Shown here piece by piece: positions 37,611-51,172 of a stretch of 64,000 bases of DNA. This DNA comes from Chiloscyllium plagiosum (Eukaryota): contig NC_057719.1 of the NCBI RefSeq assembly GCF_004010195.1, positions 65,295,751 through 65,359,750 of the forward strand. The letters run 5' to 3'. The translations under genes and the position numbers were made by a program. How positions within the stretch are numbered: position 1 is the first letter of the stretch; every line of letters begins with the position of its first letter. The notes below the pieces were generated by a model, which saw only the letters and a list, made by a program, of their open reading frames with translations, was not told the origin of the DNA and ran no database searches.

Positions 37611-39374
37611 CCATTAAGTGTATAAGTCGTGCAAAGATTTGCTTTCCCAAAATGTAGCACCTCGCATTTTATCTAAATTAAACTCCATCTGCCACTCCTC
37701 ACCCCATTGGCCCATCTGATCAAGATCCCTTTGTAATCTGAGATAACCTTCTTCACTGTCCACTACACCTCCAATTTTGGTGTCATCTGCAAACTTACTA
37801 ACTCTGCCTCTTATGCCCATATCCAAATCATTTATATAAACAATGAAAAGTAGTGGACCCAGCACTGACCTTGTGCACTCCACTGGTCACAGGCCTCCAG
37901 TCTGAGAAACAACCCTCCACCACCACCCACTGTCTTCTATCTTTGAGCCAGTTCTGTATCCAAATGGCTAATTCTCCCTGTATTCCATGAGATCTAACCT
38001 TGCTAACCAATCTCCCATGGGGAACCTTGTCGAATGCCTTACTGAAGTCCATATAGATCATGTCAATCGCTCTGACCTCATCAATCCTCTTTGTTACTTC
38101 TTCGAAAAACTTAATCAAGTTTGTGAGACGTGATTTCCCACGCACAAAGCCAAGTTGACTATCCCTAATCAGTCCTTGCCTTTCAAAATACATGTATATC
38201 CTGTCCCTCAGGTTTCCCTCCAACAACTTGCCACCACCGTCGTCAGACTCACTGGTCTATAGTTCCCTGGCTTGTCCTTACCACCCTTCTTAAACAGTGG
38301 CACCATGTTAGTCATCCTCCAGTCTTCCGGCACCTCACTGCAACTATCGATGATACATATATCTCAGCAAGGGGCCCAGCAATCCCTTCCCTAGCTGCCC
38401 ACAGAGTTCTGGGCTACACCTGATCAGATCCTTTCGGCCACTTCTGGAATATTGCGTGCAATTCTGGTCTCTTTCCTATCAGAAAGATGTTGTGAAACTT
38501 GAAAGGATTCAGAAAAGATTTACAAGGATGTTGCCAGGGTTGGAGAATTTGAGCTACAGGGAAAGACTGAATAGGCTGGGGCTGTTTTCCCTGGAGCATC
38601 GGAGGCTGAGGGGTGACGTTATAGAGGTTTATAAAATCATGAAGGGCATGGATAGGATAAATAGACAAAGTCTTTTCCCTGGGGTGGGGGAGTCCAGAAC
38701 TAGAGGGCATAGGTTTAGGGCGAGAGGGTAAAGATATAAAAGAGACCTAACAAGCAACTTTTTCGCCCAGAAGGTGATGCAGGAATTGGTGCAGGCTAGT
38801 ACAATTGCAACACTTAAAAGGCATCTGAATGGGTAAATGAGTAGGAAGGGTTTGAAGGGATATGGGTTGGGTGCTGGCAGGTTGGAGTAGATTGGGTTGG
38901 GATATCTGGTCGGCCTGGATGAATTGAACCTAAGGGTCTGTTTCTGTGCTGTACATCACTCTGACTCTATGACTCTATGACCTGGAGATGCTAATTATCT
39001 GGCACTTCTGTGATGTGAACATGAATTGCCATTTGTCAGCTCCAACTTGAATATTTCTGAATACAAATGGAGTTTTAATTGTTCAGGCAAAATTTAATCC
39101 AAAGGATTTAATGAAATATGTCAAATGGATATCTTTATTTTAATAGAATTAGAATACCGTAAACTTTTAATCCAAATTACCATCAGCTTAATGGAACTCT
39201 ATGTTTAATCTTTTCTGACACTGGCACATGCTTCCCTGGTAATCTATGCAAAGTGAGGGTTTATTGCCAAGATAAAATAGAAGACTAATAGTCCGTGCAT
39301 CAATGCAAAATATGAGAAACCTGCTCTCATGCATCTCAATTCATGGAGATACCACATAGCAGCACCAGTATCAT

Positions 39375-39830
39375 ATGTAGTGGCTTTTAGTAATATGTTC
39401 CAAGGCTGTTCACAGAATTATGTTAAACAAAGTTTGACATTGAAAGACAGAATGAGGCATATGGGTAGATGAGCAAATGTTGGATTGAAGAGGTAAAAAC
39501 ACCGTAAACATGCAGAGAAAGATAGAAATGCTCAGGAAGGGAATTCCAGAGCTCAGGGACCAAGCACATAAAGGCATGACCGACAATGGTGGAGAAATTA
39601 CATGTGGAATTTGCAAGAGGCCAGAATTGGAAGAGCACAGAAATTTCAGAAGGCTGCTGGATCAGAAACAATACAAATCAGTACTGACAAGGACTACGGG
39701 TGAATGGGAGTTGGATTAAATTAGGATACAGACAACAGTGCGCTCGGCAAGTTTAAGATTATTGAAGGTGGAAGATGTGAGTATAAGCAAGAGAGAAGTA
39801 GAACAGTGAGTTCAGAGGTAACATAGGCAT
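39375..39830 (-). mobile_element. L2-clade LINE 3' fragment
   Basis: ORF 39423..39671 contains GHAFMCLVPELWNSLP (L2 pattern G.RAFS...P.LWNSLP). Confidence 0.6.
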
Positions 39831-39859
39831 GGATCATCACAGGCATCTTCCAGACAGTG

Positions 39860-41090
39860 TCAAAAATGATTTAAGTACATCCTGTCCTCAAAGCCAGGAC
39901 AAATCTATTCATCAGTCTGCAAACTGATGGAAAATATTATTGACATCAATCATTGCTACCTGGTGCATTTACTCAACAATGTTGCGTTTGGGTTTTGCCA
40001 GAGTGTCTTGGCTCCTGACCTCATTACAACCTTGATGCAAAAAAGGATAAAGTAGCTGAACTTCAAAAGTGAGGTTTGAGTTATTGGTCTTCAAATCAAG
40101 GCAGTCTTTGATTGAATAAAGCACCATGAAGTTCTAGAAAAACTGAAGTCAGTGGGAGTTGAGGAAAATTCTCTTCTAGGTAAAAATAATGACTGCAGAT
40201 GCTGGAAACCAGATTCTGGATTAGAGTGGTGCTTGAAAAGCACAGCAGTTCAGGCAGCATCCTCTCCAGCATCAGTCTAATCCAGAAAATTCTCTTCTGA
40301 TTTAAGACATAGCTAGGAAGGTATATGGATATGATGTTGGAGTCCAATCATTATGGTATGAGTTTCTCAGAGTAATATCCTCAGCACATCCATCTGTACG
40401 TGAACCATCAATGATCTACCCTCCCCAAGATAAACTCAAGCAAGTGAATCTTTATTGACTATTACTGCATTTGTACCATTTGCGACTCCTCAGATACTGT
40501 CACAATCCTCATCCATATGCAATAAACCTGGCTAACATTTCAGCTTCAGATGATGAGTACTATAACATTTGCACCAACAATTATGAGACAATGATTATCT
40601 CCAATAAGACAAAACCTGAGCATTTCCCCTTGAAGTTCAATATGGCATTGCCATTGCTGAATCCCTGCTCTCAACATGTGCGGCTTGCTATTGATTCGAA
40701 ATGAACTAGATGCATATTGTGGCAGCAACAACAGGTGACTGGAAATTCTGCAGTGAGTAATTCACCTCTGACTCCTGAAACCTGTCCACTGTTAATAAGG
40801 CATAGGTCAGGAATAAGTTCTATGCCTGCACTCTAGGATTTTTCTGCTCGCCAGCCCCAATTAATCTAATTCTCCAAATTATATTTGATCTCCCTATTAT
40901 TCCTATTGAAATTTACTGAAATATTCTTCACTTGCCTGGATGAGTACTCCTCCAACAATTCTCAAGAAGCATGACACAATTCTAGACGCGATTTGCAAAC
41001 CTCCACCATTGATGTGAGTGCCGTGTATGCTGTCTACAAAATATCTCTGCAGCAACTGGCCAAGGCTCCTTTGACAGCACCTGGACCAGC
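39860..41090 (+). mobile_element. Second CR1/L2-type LINE family, decayed
   Basis: FGFCQ..APDLIT remnants; similar to the reverse complement of 20238-24215. Confidence 0.6.
40178..40284. mobile_element. PLE family A short fold-back insertion
   Basis: 14-bp TSD GAAAATTCTCTTCT at 40164-40177 and 40285-40298. Confidence 0.75.
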
Positions 41091-42246
41091 TTGGCTGGAG
41101 ACCTGGCCTGTTCTGGAGTACACATCCTCATTAGTTTTGACACCAGGATTTCATCAAGGCCCACATCCTTAACTGAGCTATAGATACTGACTCTCCTGTT
41201 TCTTTTCTTTCCAGTGTCAGATTTTTCATTTAAAAAAGTATTCTACCAAACAGCAACAAGATAAAAATGCATAATATTTATTGTATTTTTTTTCCTGCTC
41301 TCTGGTTGATTTTTTTATCAGTACAATATTTTATCAGTACAAATATTGTTAATTCCATATGGGAATTAATGACATAACTTAAATTCCCATATGGGGCCTG
41401 TTTCATGAATTACCAAACCAGGAAACAAAATGTAAAACTAGTCATTGACCTGAGTGGGGCCACCATTCAAAACCACAACCTTCCTTAAACTCCTTCCCAT
41501 GTTTTTGGTTTATCCTGGAGGTACAGTTCGAGCTTTCTGAAGCATCTGCAAGAAATTCAAAGCTTCATATTTATGCCAAATGGGGCTAGGGAGCACTCTC
41601 CTACATATATTTACATTAAGATTATTTTACTCTGATTAAAATTCCTACCATCAATTGTTCCAGGCAATATCTGATGCGAGGGATTTGACTAAAGGTACCG
41701 AATGGATACAAATGCTTTAATACTTTAAGAAAAAGTTAAGTTGGATTTTAATCTCAGTTATCACTGATACACAGGAGCCTGAGTTAATTCTTTTCATGTT
41801 GGCTTTTACATGATGCTTTATCTGTATGTACAAGACAGTACAGTGGAAGCATGCCAACAGCCTGAACTTGCTATTGACAGATCCTGTCTTAGTGTTCTTG
41901 TGCTTTATGCCACATAGATTTGCAGAAATGATAAAGTAATTTCTACATCTGCATGGTTATTTACTATGCTTATAAAATGTACACCCTCATACTTTTTGTA
42001 GCTGCTCCAATCCAATTTCAATCTCCCTCTGATTCTCAGTCTCTAAGTAACCACAACCCTGCTCAGGCTTAACTGAGCATGTACAGTGAGTACCCATAAC
42101 CAAACAACTGAACATTACAAGTGTGATGATGTAAAGTGGTTGGTAGTGAGTTGACATCCAGCTTTATGACTCTCCAGATTTCCATTTCCAAAGATGCAAA
42201 TGAGATATTAAATGGACAGCTGACTCCGTATTGCACAATGAGTAAA

Positions 42247-42580
42247 GGAGTGGCACGATGTCTCAATGGTTAGCACTGCTACCTCACAAAGCCAAGGGAC
42301 CTGGGTTTGATTCCATCTTCGGGCGATTGTCTCTCTGTGTGGAATTTGCACGTCGCCCGTGTGTAGGTTTCCTCTCACAATCCATAGGTTTGCAGATTAG
42401 ATGAATTGGCCACACTAAATTGTGCATAGTGTACAGGGAGATGCAGGCTAGGTAGAATAGCCATGGGAAAGGCAGGGTTGTAGGGTAGGGTGTGGTTCTG
42501 CATGGAATACTCTTTGGGGTACTCAATGTGGAATCAATTGGCCAAATGGCCTGCTTCCATACTATAGGGATTCTATGATC
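42247..42580 (+). mobile_element. HE1-type SINE, diverged
   Basis: tggttagcactgctacctcaca...gggtttgattcc...ggcctgcttccatact. Confidence 0.8.
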
Positions 42581-43089
42581 CACTCCAGATGTATCAGTGG
42601 GCTCCCATTTTCACTGCCAGGTGTTTTTATTCCACTGCTTTAAGAGGGGTTTGTTCCACTTCCTAAAGGAATTCATTGTGCAATTTGTGGCAAACAAATG
42701 TGTGTTGCACGTTTGCTAAAACTGAATGACATACATCCTTCCTCTCCAATAGGACTATGCACTAAATGCAATCATTAAGAATTTTTAATTTTTGACTTGC
42801 ATAAGATCCTTTTTCAATTTTATTAAGTCGTGAAATGTGAGCTTTATGCTAACATAAATTAGAAGATTATTGAATCATTCATTAATGTAAGTTGAATAAA
42901 ACTAGCCCTTGTGCATCCCAATATGTTTAGGTACCACACAACAGCAATAAGATCTGCAATAAAATATATTTGTGATATGTTAATGAACAAAATATGACAT
43001 CAAACTGCATCACAATATAATTGCACCAATGACCATATGCCTTGTCCACAAGATAGGCTTTAAAGAATGTCTTAAGGAGGAACACCAAA

Positions 43090-43505
43090 ATACAAGAAAT
43101 AGGAACAGCTTTGGATTATATAGTCCATCAAACCTGCTCTTTCTTTCAATATAATCATTGGCTGATCATGAGCTTCAAACTAGCTTCGCTCCCCTTCACT
43201 CCTTATATCCATTTAGCCCCTGAGGAAACAAAGTTTTTCCCAGCCTTCCTTAACTATGTTCAATGATGGAACAGTCATAATCCTCACATTCTATCTATAG
43301 ATTTACACCAATTTAAGTGAAATAAATTCTCCTCATCTCAGTCCTCAACACTTGGCTCCTAAAGCTGTGCATCCATGTTTTAGACTTTTTAATCAACGGC
43401 AACATTCCCTCTGCTTCTGCTTTATCCAGCCCATTCAAAATATTCTGTTTTCATGAGAATGTCTTTCATTGTCCTTCAGAGAATATAGGGCCCATCTACA
43501 TAGCT
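43090..43505 (-). mobile_element. Old CR1 3' fragment
   Basis: acaagaaataggaacag...atcattggctgatc is the reverse complement of a CR1 3' UTR. Confidence 0.5.
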
Positions 43506-43506
43506 T

Positions 43507-44170
43507 CTCCAGACCCACAGCAATGGGCTTGATGCTCAACTGCCTTCTAAAATGGCCTATCAAGCTATTCAGCTGTGTAAATCTGCTACGAAGCCGAAAA
43601 AAAAGCAATGAATCCAGACAGACTTCTAAAGATTGAGCTAGACACCAGAAATAACAAAAGTGAACTCTATTCTGTCGATCCTGCAAAGACCATCTTACTA
43701 ACATCTGGGGCCTCGGGCAAAGATTGGGAAAACTGACCCACAGACTAGTCGGACACATTCTGACATAGTCATAGCAACGCTACACATAGCACCGTCAACA
43801 GTCCTAGTTGTATTCTGTCCCATCGTCAGGACACTCACAGGTGGCAACTCAGATGTAGACAGTCATGAGGGATTGCCCTGGGAGTCCGCAATATTAGCTA
43901 CTGAACCTAATAAATCTCACAGCATCAGGTCAATCATGGCAGAGTAATCCTCCTTCTGATTACTATTTGCCATGCTCCCTCCTTGCCTCTGCTGGTGAAT
44001 CTCTACATTGTTTATTGATTGGAGGAGGCACTGAGGATACCAAAGGCATAGAATGTACTCTGGGTAGGCAACGTCAAATTGATCACCAAGAATAACTTGG
44101 TAGCACCTTTACTGATTGAGCAGGCCAAGTTCTAACTGACAAGGCTGCTGGACTGGATGTTGGGCACGTA
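43507..44170 (+). mobile_element. 5' region and endonuclease start of the second LINE family
   Basis: actaacatctggggcctcgggcaaagattgggaaaactgacccacagactagtc = TNIWGLGQRLGKLTHRLV, then DIVI (AP-endonuclease N-terminus-like). Confidence 0.55.
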
Positions 44171-44344
44171 ATGAATGAACAACAAGACAGAGAAACAGCG
44201 GTTCAATAGAGAGTGCAGGAGGCCATTTCAGGAGCAGCATCAAGCGTACCTAAAAATGAGGTGTCAGCTTGGTGGAGCTAAAGAATGGAACTACATAACA
44301 AACAGTGAAAGAAGCATATAATAAGGCTGTGATCCCACCACCTC

Positions 44345-44690
44345 AACCAAGTGTTGCAGACTGGCACATTCCAAGCTCTAGGACTGAGGAACACACTGAA
44401 GCTTGGGCAGCTGCTGCCAAGATGCAGTGGGGGAAAAGACCACCATCTGAGGTGTTTCTGCCCAAGTTAAATGGGGGTCCATTCAGTTATCAGACACCCT
44501 GGTGCCTCAACTACATATAAATATAGTCTGGTACAAGTAAGAAATGCCTTTGGTTTGTTTGCCGGATACAGTCAAACTCCAATGTTTGTTTGTTCCTTTA
44601 TATGCTACTGTACAGAACTGAACTGCTTTAGTGACTATGTATGTATAAAGATATTTTTATAAATAAAGTATATTTTTGAAATTTAAAAAA
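44345..44690 (+). mobile_element. Tx1-type 3' fragment, diverged relative of 21487-22672
   Basis: Shares agtgttgcagactggcacattccaag and AATAAAGTATATTTTTGAAATT plus A tail. Confidence 0.8.
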
Positions 44691-45699
44691 TCCTGCCATC
44701 AATGATCAGATTTTAGCTCCACAATTCTGCCCCATCTGGTCAAGACTGAATGGTAGATACTTAACCAGTTTCACAATGTTTTAAAAATATCCTGGTTTTT
44801 CGATTCTTGTGACTGACATGAATAACCTCATGTTTCTCAACATTATAATCCATTTTCTATCATATTTCCCACTCAGGAAATAACCTGTTTTTCTATCTGT
44901 ACAGAGTCTCTGTGTCCTCACTGCAGCTTAGCTTTCCTCCTAGGTTTTATATCATCAGCAACTACAGATGGAGTACTCTACTACTGTCTCTTCATTCAAA
45001 GGGTAAGAGTGTCAGGAAGCTGTGGAGGATAAGGCAGGGCAGATATTCTGGATCTCTTAGACTAAACTAACTGACACCCCACCTCCCTCCCCTCCACCAA
45101 TATGGTTCAGTATCAGACAGTGATCAGGAAGCGCAATGGAGTTGATTGTTGGGGAATAATGTTTGTGAGAGGGCTTGACCTTGGCTCAGTAGCAAGTTCC
45201 TTTACTTTGCTTGCTGCAAGTCTCCTTTGAGTGCCAAAATGATACTCACATTGCACATGAACTCTTTTAGCAATGACAGCAGGGTAATACAATGGCTCAT
45301 ACTGTTTGCAGTCTTTAAACCAGAAGAGAGGCTGGAATGAGGGGCACGTAGGGTGTGATGTTGGGGACAAGGCTGCCAATACCTTTGGTTTGAGATCCAA
45401 TGCTGACTCGAGCCACAGCAATGACCCTTCCCATATCATCAGGCACCATTTTCTTCATGGCAGGGGGTAGATGCACCTCACTCACTCTGATTATGTTTCT
45501 CCTCCTTCCCCCTGCTACGTGCCATCTTCCCTTCAAAGAGAGAAGGAAAGATAAAGTGAACGTTTGGTTGATGTGGTTGTTATGGTTGAAATACTGGCAG
45601 TACGTTGAAGCTGTGAGTTGTTGGAATAATACAGCACAGGAACCGGCCCTCCAAGCCTGCGACACCACATTTTGCCTTTCCATACTAAAACTGTCTTCA

Positions 45700-47109
45700 C
45701 TTACAGGATCCCTCTATTCCCTTCTTATTCATGTATTTGTCCAGGACCTTCCTGAATGCTGCTATCGTGTCTGCTTCCACCTGACAGTGTGTTCCAGACA
45801 CTCACCACCCTTTGTGTGAAAGACATGCCTCGCACATCTCTTTTTAAACTTCCCCCGTCACACCTTGAACCTGTGTCCCCTAGTAATTGACCCCTTCACA
45901 CCTGGGAAAAAAGCCTCATACTTTCCACTCGATCCATGTCATTCAGAATCTTATAAACTTCTATTAGGTCATCCGTAAACCTCCTGAGTTCCAGTTAAAA
46001 CCAATCCAGTCTTCATAGCTGAAAACCCCATACCAAGCAACATTCTGGTAAACATTTTCTGTACCCTCTCCAAAGAATCTACATCCTTCTGGGAGCATGG
46101 TGACCAGAACTAAATGCAATATTCCAATTGTGGCCTAACTAAAGTTCTATAAAGTTGCAGCATAACTCGCTATCCTTATACTCAATGCCCCTTCCAACGA
46201 AGGCAAGCATTTTTTAATACCATATCTACCTGCCACCTTCAATGATCTGTAGCCGTGCACACCCAGATTGCTCTGCATATCAATACTCCTAAGGGTTATG
46301 CCATTCACTGTACTTGACCTTCCAAAATACATCTTTTCACATTAGTCCAAATTAAACTCCATCTGTCATTTTTCTGCCCAAGCTTCCAATTGACCTACAT
46401 CCTGATGTATCCTCTGACAATCCTCCTCACTATCTGCAACTCCACCAGTCTTTGTTTCATCTGCAAACTGACTAATTAGACCAGCTATGTTTTCCTCCAA
46501 ATCATTTATGTCAACCACAAACAGCAGAGATCCCAGTGCTATGATCTCTGTGGAGCACAACTAGTAACTACCCTCCATTCTAAAAAAAATCCTTCCACCG
46601 TTACTCTCTGCCTCCTGTGACTAAAACAGTTATGTAGGTATTTTGCTAGCTCAACCCGATACCATTAGACTTCACCTTTTGTACCAGTCTGCCATGAGGG
46701 ATTTCGACAAAGGCTTTACTAAAATCCATGTAGACAACATCAATTGTTTTCCCCCCATCAATCATCTTTATCACCTCCTCACAAAACTCAATCAAGTTAG
46801 TGAGACACAATCTCCCCTGTACAAAACCATGCTGCCTATCACTAATAATTCTATTTACTTCTAAATGCATATATTGTAGATTTTCCAATAATTTCCCTAC
46901 CACCAACATGAGACTCACAGGCCTGTGATTTTCAGGATATCCCTGCTATCCTTCTTAAGCAATGGGACTATTCTCCAATCGTCTGGAACCTCACTTGTGG
47001 CCAAAGAGAATGCAAAGATATCCGTCAATGCTCCAGCAATTTGTTCTCTTGACTCGTTCAATATTCTGGGATAGTTCCCATAGGACCTGGGGACTTATCT
47101 ACCTTAATA
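45700..47109 (-). mobile_element. CR1-clade LINE, decayed
   Basis: ORFs 46646 ([16 protein letters not shown]...DVVYMDFSKAF) and 46366 (FADETK). Confidence 0.85.
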
Positions 47110-47239
47110 AGGGGTCTGCTGAGAATTATGAATGGTGAGCATAAGTCCTGGTTGATGGAAATTGTTGGTTTGTGATAATGGGATATGGTCAAAATTGAGC
47201 ACTATCTGAGCCTTGTGGGCAGTATTGTAAGATATGACA

Positions 47240-48017
47240 TTTGAAGATGCCTACACTGACCTTGACCATTTGAACGAAGTTCTTGAACTTCTTCTAGCAC
47301 CGCCTCCAGGTCATAGAGTCATAGAGTCATAGAGATGTACAGCATGGAAACAGACCCTTCGGTCCAACCCGTCCATGCGGACATTTATCCCAACCCAATC
47401 TAGTCCCACCTGCCAGCACCCGGCCCAAATCTCTCCAAACCTTCCTATTCATATACCCACCCAAATGCCTCTTAAATGTTGCAATTGTACCAGCCTCCAC
47501 CACTTCCTCTGGCAGCCCATTCCATATACGTACCACCCTCTGTGTGAAAACGTTGTCCCTTAGGTCTCTTTTATATCTTTCCCCTCTCACCTTAAACCTA
47601 GTCCCTCTAATTCTGGACTCCCTGACCTCATGGAAAAGCCTTTGTCTATTTATCCTATCCATGCACCTCATGATTTTGTAAACCTCTATAAGGTCATCCC
47701 TCAGCCTCCAACGCTCCAGGGAAAACAGCCCCAGCCTGTTCAGCCTCTCCCTATAGCTCAGATCCTCCCATCCTGGCAACATCCTTGTAAGTCTTTTCTG
47801 ATCCCTTTCAAGTTTCACAACATCTTTCTGATAGGAAGGAGACCAGAATTGCACGCAATATTCCAACAGTGGCATTGACCACCATGTTATCTGCACTCAC
47901 CGTCGGTTTATTGTGTGATTGTAGGACCTCTGCCTCCAACAGATAAAGGATGTTTATCTTTCTTTCAACTTCTGCAAAGAGTTCCAGTATAGTATCCAAA
48001 AACCTTTTATAGTCCAT
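47240..48017 (-). pseudogene. Harbinger Myb/SANT-like remnant split by a CR1 insertion
   Basis: MDYKRFLDTILELFAEVERKINILY...MVVNA at 48017-47872; beyond the CR1, TWRRC*KKFKNFVQMVK at 47312-47262. Confidence 0.6.
47311..47873 (-). mobile_element. HER1/CR1 3' fragment
   Basis: ORF 47327..47896 ([12 protein letters not shown]...VVRIWNGLPEEVVEAG); (TCATAGAG)n tail. Confidence 0.9.
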
Positions 48018-48334
48018 CTCTGTCTCTTTCTATTGCCAGCATCTGGTTGTTGACTGCCTAATTCCCAAAGATCTCAGGGCTTCCAGCATTCTCAACGCAA
48101 AAGCTTGAATGAATCCTAGCAAGGAAATACATTGGGTCCCTTGTTAATGTGTGTGACCAATGAGCAGCAACGTTAATTGAAATCTTTACAATAGACAGGC
48201 AGCTCAAAGCTGAAGCATAGCCAGCCTTCCAATTAACCCACAGATAATTATCATAATCTGCCTGTCGGTCTTTTCAGAGGCAATCCAATTTTAGCCTTTA
48301 GTGGTTTCAGTCTTCCCAATATTAGAAAATTGTC

Positions 48335-48680
48335 AATCCAGGACTGAACATCAAACAAGCAGATGATAGATCAGAGGCAGTAGAGGGGTCTAGACGGGCA
48401 GAAATAGGTGTTGTCAGTGGACATGTGGAAACCAATGTACTTTCCAATAATGTTGCCAAAGGAGGAAAAATATATGTGAAACAGAAAGGGTTCAAGGATC
48501 ATTATTTTGGAATACCCAGAATGGGAAGAGAAGGTGTTGCAATTGATTCTGTGGCTAAGATTACACGGACCAGAATGGAACAAATAGGTGTAGGCATGAC
48601 CAGTTGGAAGATGGATCATGGGTATAGGAGGAAGATACAATGATCAAACATACCAAAAGCTGAAGACTACTTGAAAAGTT
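48335..48680 (-). mobile_element. L2-clade RT fragment
   Basis: ILEPFLFHIYFSSFGNII...FHMSTDNT resembles ILGPLLFLIYMLPLG.II...FH.YADDT. Confidence 0.55.
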
Positions 48681-48849
48681 GACAAGTTTACCCTTGCCAA
48701 ATAGGCTTTACCTGCTTAATCTGGCAACCTCCAGACTGGCCCTTTGCCAGACCAGAGAATATGATGGACCACAAAAGGTCATGTGTCAGGGTCAGCACAG
48801 GAGCTTTAAACAGGTTTTAAAACCAATCTCTTTCCTCCATTACAGACAT

Positions 48850-49330
48850 TTACACCAAACACTGCATCCGAAAGGTTGAGAGCATTGTGGAAGACCCCGC
48901 ACATCCCTCTCTCAAACTCTTCTCCCTCTTGCCATCTGGCAGAAGATACCGGAACATTTGGTCTCTCATGGCCAGGCTGTGCAACATTTTCTTCCTCCAG
49001 CCCATCAGGCTCCTTAACGCTATATGATCAGACTCTATTCCATCTGAAACTCTTTGCATGACTTTGAGTTGCTGCTAGAACAATGTTTTATTAATTACCA
49101 TTCTTTCATTACACTGTAATTTGTACACTACTGTGCCTATTTTCTAGAAATGTCAGGAATTACTGTGCTGTCTTGTGTGTTTTGCACTTCTTATGCACTG
49201 TATGCCACCCTGTGTATGATCGTCTAGTTTGTTCTGTCCATGTGCCAATGTAGTCTTGGAGGAATGCTGTCTCGTTTTTACTGTATCAGTTGTATATGGT
49301 AAAATGACTATTACAGCTACTCTTGACTTT
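48850..49330 (+). mobile_element. Rex1/Babar 3' fragment
   Basis: Encodes IVEDPAHPSLKLFSLLPSGRRYR, the typical Rex1 C-terminus. Confidence 0.75.
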
Positions 49331-49350
49331 AAAAAGCACCGTGCAATATA

Positions 49351-49680
49351 GGAGCATCACGGTAGCTCAGTGGTTATCACTGCTGCCTCACTGTGCCAGG
49401 GACCCAGGCTTGATTCCAGCCTCGGGCGACTGTCTGTGTGGAGTTTGCTCATTCTCCCTGTGTCTGCGTGGCTTTCATCTGGGTGCTTTGGTTTCCTCTC
49501 AGTGTCCAAACATCTGCAGGTTTGGTGAATTGACCACGCTAAATTGCCCATTGTGATCAGGGATGTATAGGTTGGGTGCATTAGTTAGGGGTAACTGTAG
49601 AGGTTTGGGTGGGATACTCTTTGTAGGGTAGGTGTGGACTTGTTGGGCTGAAGGGTCTGTTTCCATACTGTAAGGATTTT
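49351..49680 (+). mobile_element. HE1-type SINE
   Basis: Colinear with 26850-27174. Confidence 0.85.
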
Positions 49681-49849
49681 GTTCTATAAAATTAGGTGAA
49701 AATCAATTATTTTTGAGAATATAGATCATCTCTTTACCTACAGATCCAGCTGTTTTTTAATCAATGTTTTCATGGTTTTTCCATCATATGTAAGTGCAGA
49801 CTGGATGAAAGCACTGATGGTGCCAGATGAGAGAGGTACAACTGTACTC

Positions 49850-50322
49850 ACATAGAGTCATAGGGATGTACAGATGAAAACAGACCCTTCTGTCCAATTC
49901 GTCCATGCCGACTGGATTTCCTAACCTAATCTCCTCCCAACTCCTATACTCATGCACTGACCAATAAAGGAAAGCATACCAAACACCTCCTTCACTATCC
50001 TTTCGACCTGCAACTCCACTTTGAAGGAACGATGAATCTGACTCCAAGGTCTCTTTGTTCAGCAACACTCCCTAGGATCTTATCATTAAGTGTATAAGTC
50101 CTGCTCTGATTTGCTTTTCCAATATACAGCACCTCACATCTATCTAAATTAAACTCCATCTGCCACGCCTTGACCCATTGGCCCATCTGATCAAGATCCC
50201 ATTGTACTCTGAGGTAACCTTCTTCACTATCGACTACACCACTAATATTGGTGTCATCTGTAAACTTACTAATGATACCTCCTATGTTCACATCCAAATC
50301 ATTTATACAGATGACAGAAAGC
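49850..50322 (-). mobile_element. HER1/CR1 fragment with an internal deletion near 49931
   Basis: 3' UTR tail joined directly to the RT region (ORF 49995..50324: INDLD...FTDDT...WQMEFN). Confidence 0.85.
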
Positions 50323-50809
50323 AAGTAAGATGCGATTTTTGACTTTGATGAGACTTACTTTGGAGCCAAGGCGGGGCAGATATCAGATTGGAGGTTTCAA
50401 GCATGATATTCTGGAAAAGGTATGGATTTAAGAAGTAACATCAGACTCAAGAACTTTATAGAAGAAAGGAAAATGCTATTTTGATTTTCCAACTTAACAA
50501 TGAAGCTTGAAAGAAGGAGTTTAGTTGGGGTGAAGCTCTCTCAGTTATAAACAGGAATGGCTGTCATTGTGCAGTGTGTAAGGTTAGTCTATGCCTACAT
50601 TTTGGAGGGTAGTACTGGTGCACCTATTATCACACACAAAACCTCAGTGCAATATGAGAAATGGTATAAGGATATCTGGTATTGAAAGATTTATTTCTTC
50701 TTTTAAAATGCTGGAAGGTATTTAACTTCTATTTAAGAATGTTTTTATATTACTAATTTGCTGAACCAAGCAGTTGATGCCCAGTTTGCACAAGGTGACA
50801 AACAAATAT

Positions 50810-51172
50810 TTGCATTTTTATAGCTCATTTCATGACTTTGGAATCCCCCTTAGCAGTTTAAAGCCAATGAGGTGCTTTAGTCACTGTGGTATATAGAAAT
50901 GCAGCAGCTAAGGACCCAGAAATTTCAAAGTTGTAACAACCATAAAATCTAATTTGTGGATGTTGTTTAAGGGATAATCATTGGTCAGGATATCTAGGTG
51001 AGGCCTGCTCCTGTTCAAAATGGCACCATCTTTTAGGTTCCCCTGGAAGGCTGATGCCTCAGTTTAATATCTCATCCAAATAGTAATCGAGACTTTGTGT
51101 TCAGGTCATTCGATTGGGATTTCATCCCACAACAGTTTCACATTCAGGCTACCAACTCAGCAATAACTGACT
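50810..51172 (-). mobile_element. Deu-domain SINE, old
   Basis: Colinear with 11870-12290; cctcagtttaatatctcatccaaa is the reverse complement of the Deu core. Confidence 0.55.

Larger units (their letters stand above)
37200..38978. mobile_element. HER1/CR1 LINE with 5' inversion (minus 37200-~38432, plus ~38436-38978)
   Basis: Minus ORFs carry RT motifs ([27 protein letters not shown]); the plus part carries the C-terminus and (ACTCTATG)n tail. Confidence 0.9.

Noticed and set aside
37369..37650. Near-identical ORFs on both strands
   Set aside because: Consequence of the perfect inverted repeat, not protein coding.
41315..41400. Short tandem duplication and AATTCC(C)ATATGGG palindromes
   Set aside because: Not a CArG box (only four A/T bases) and too short to separate from local slippage.
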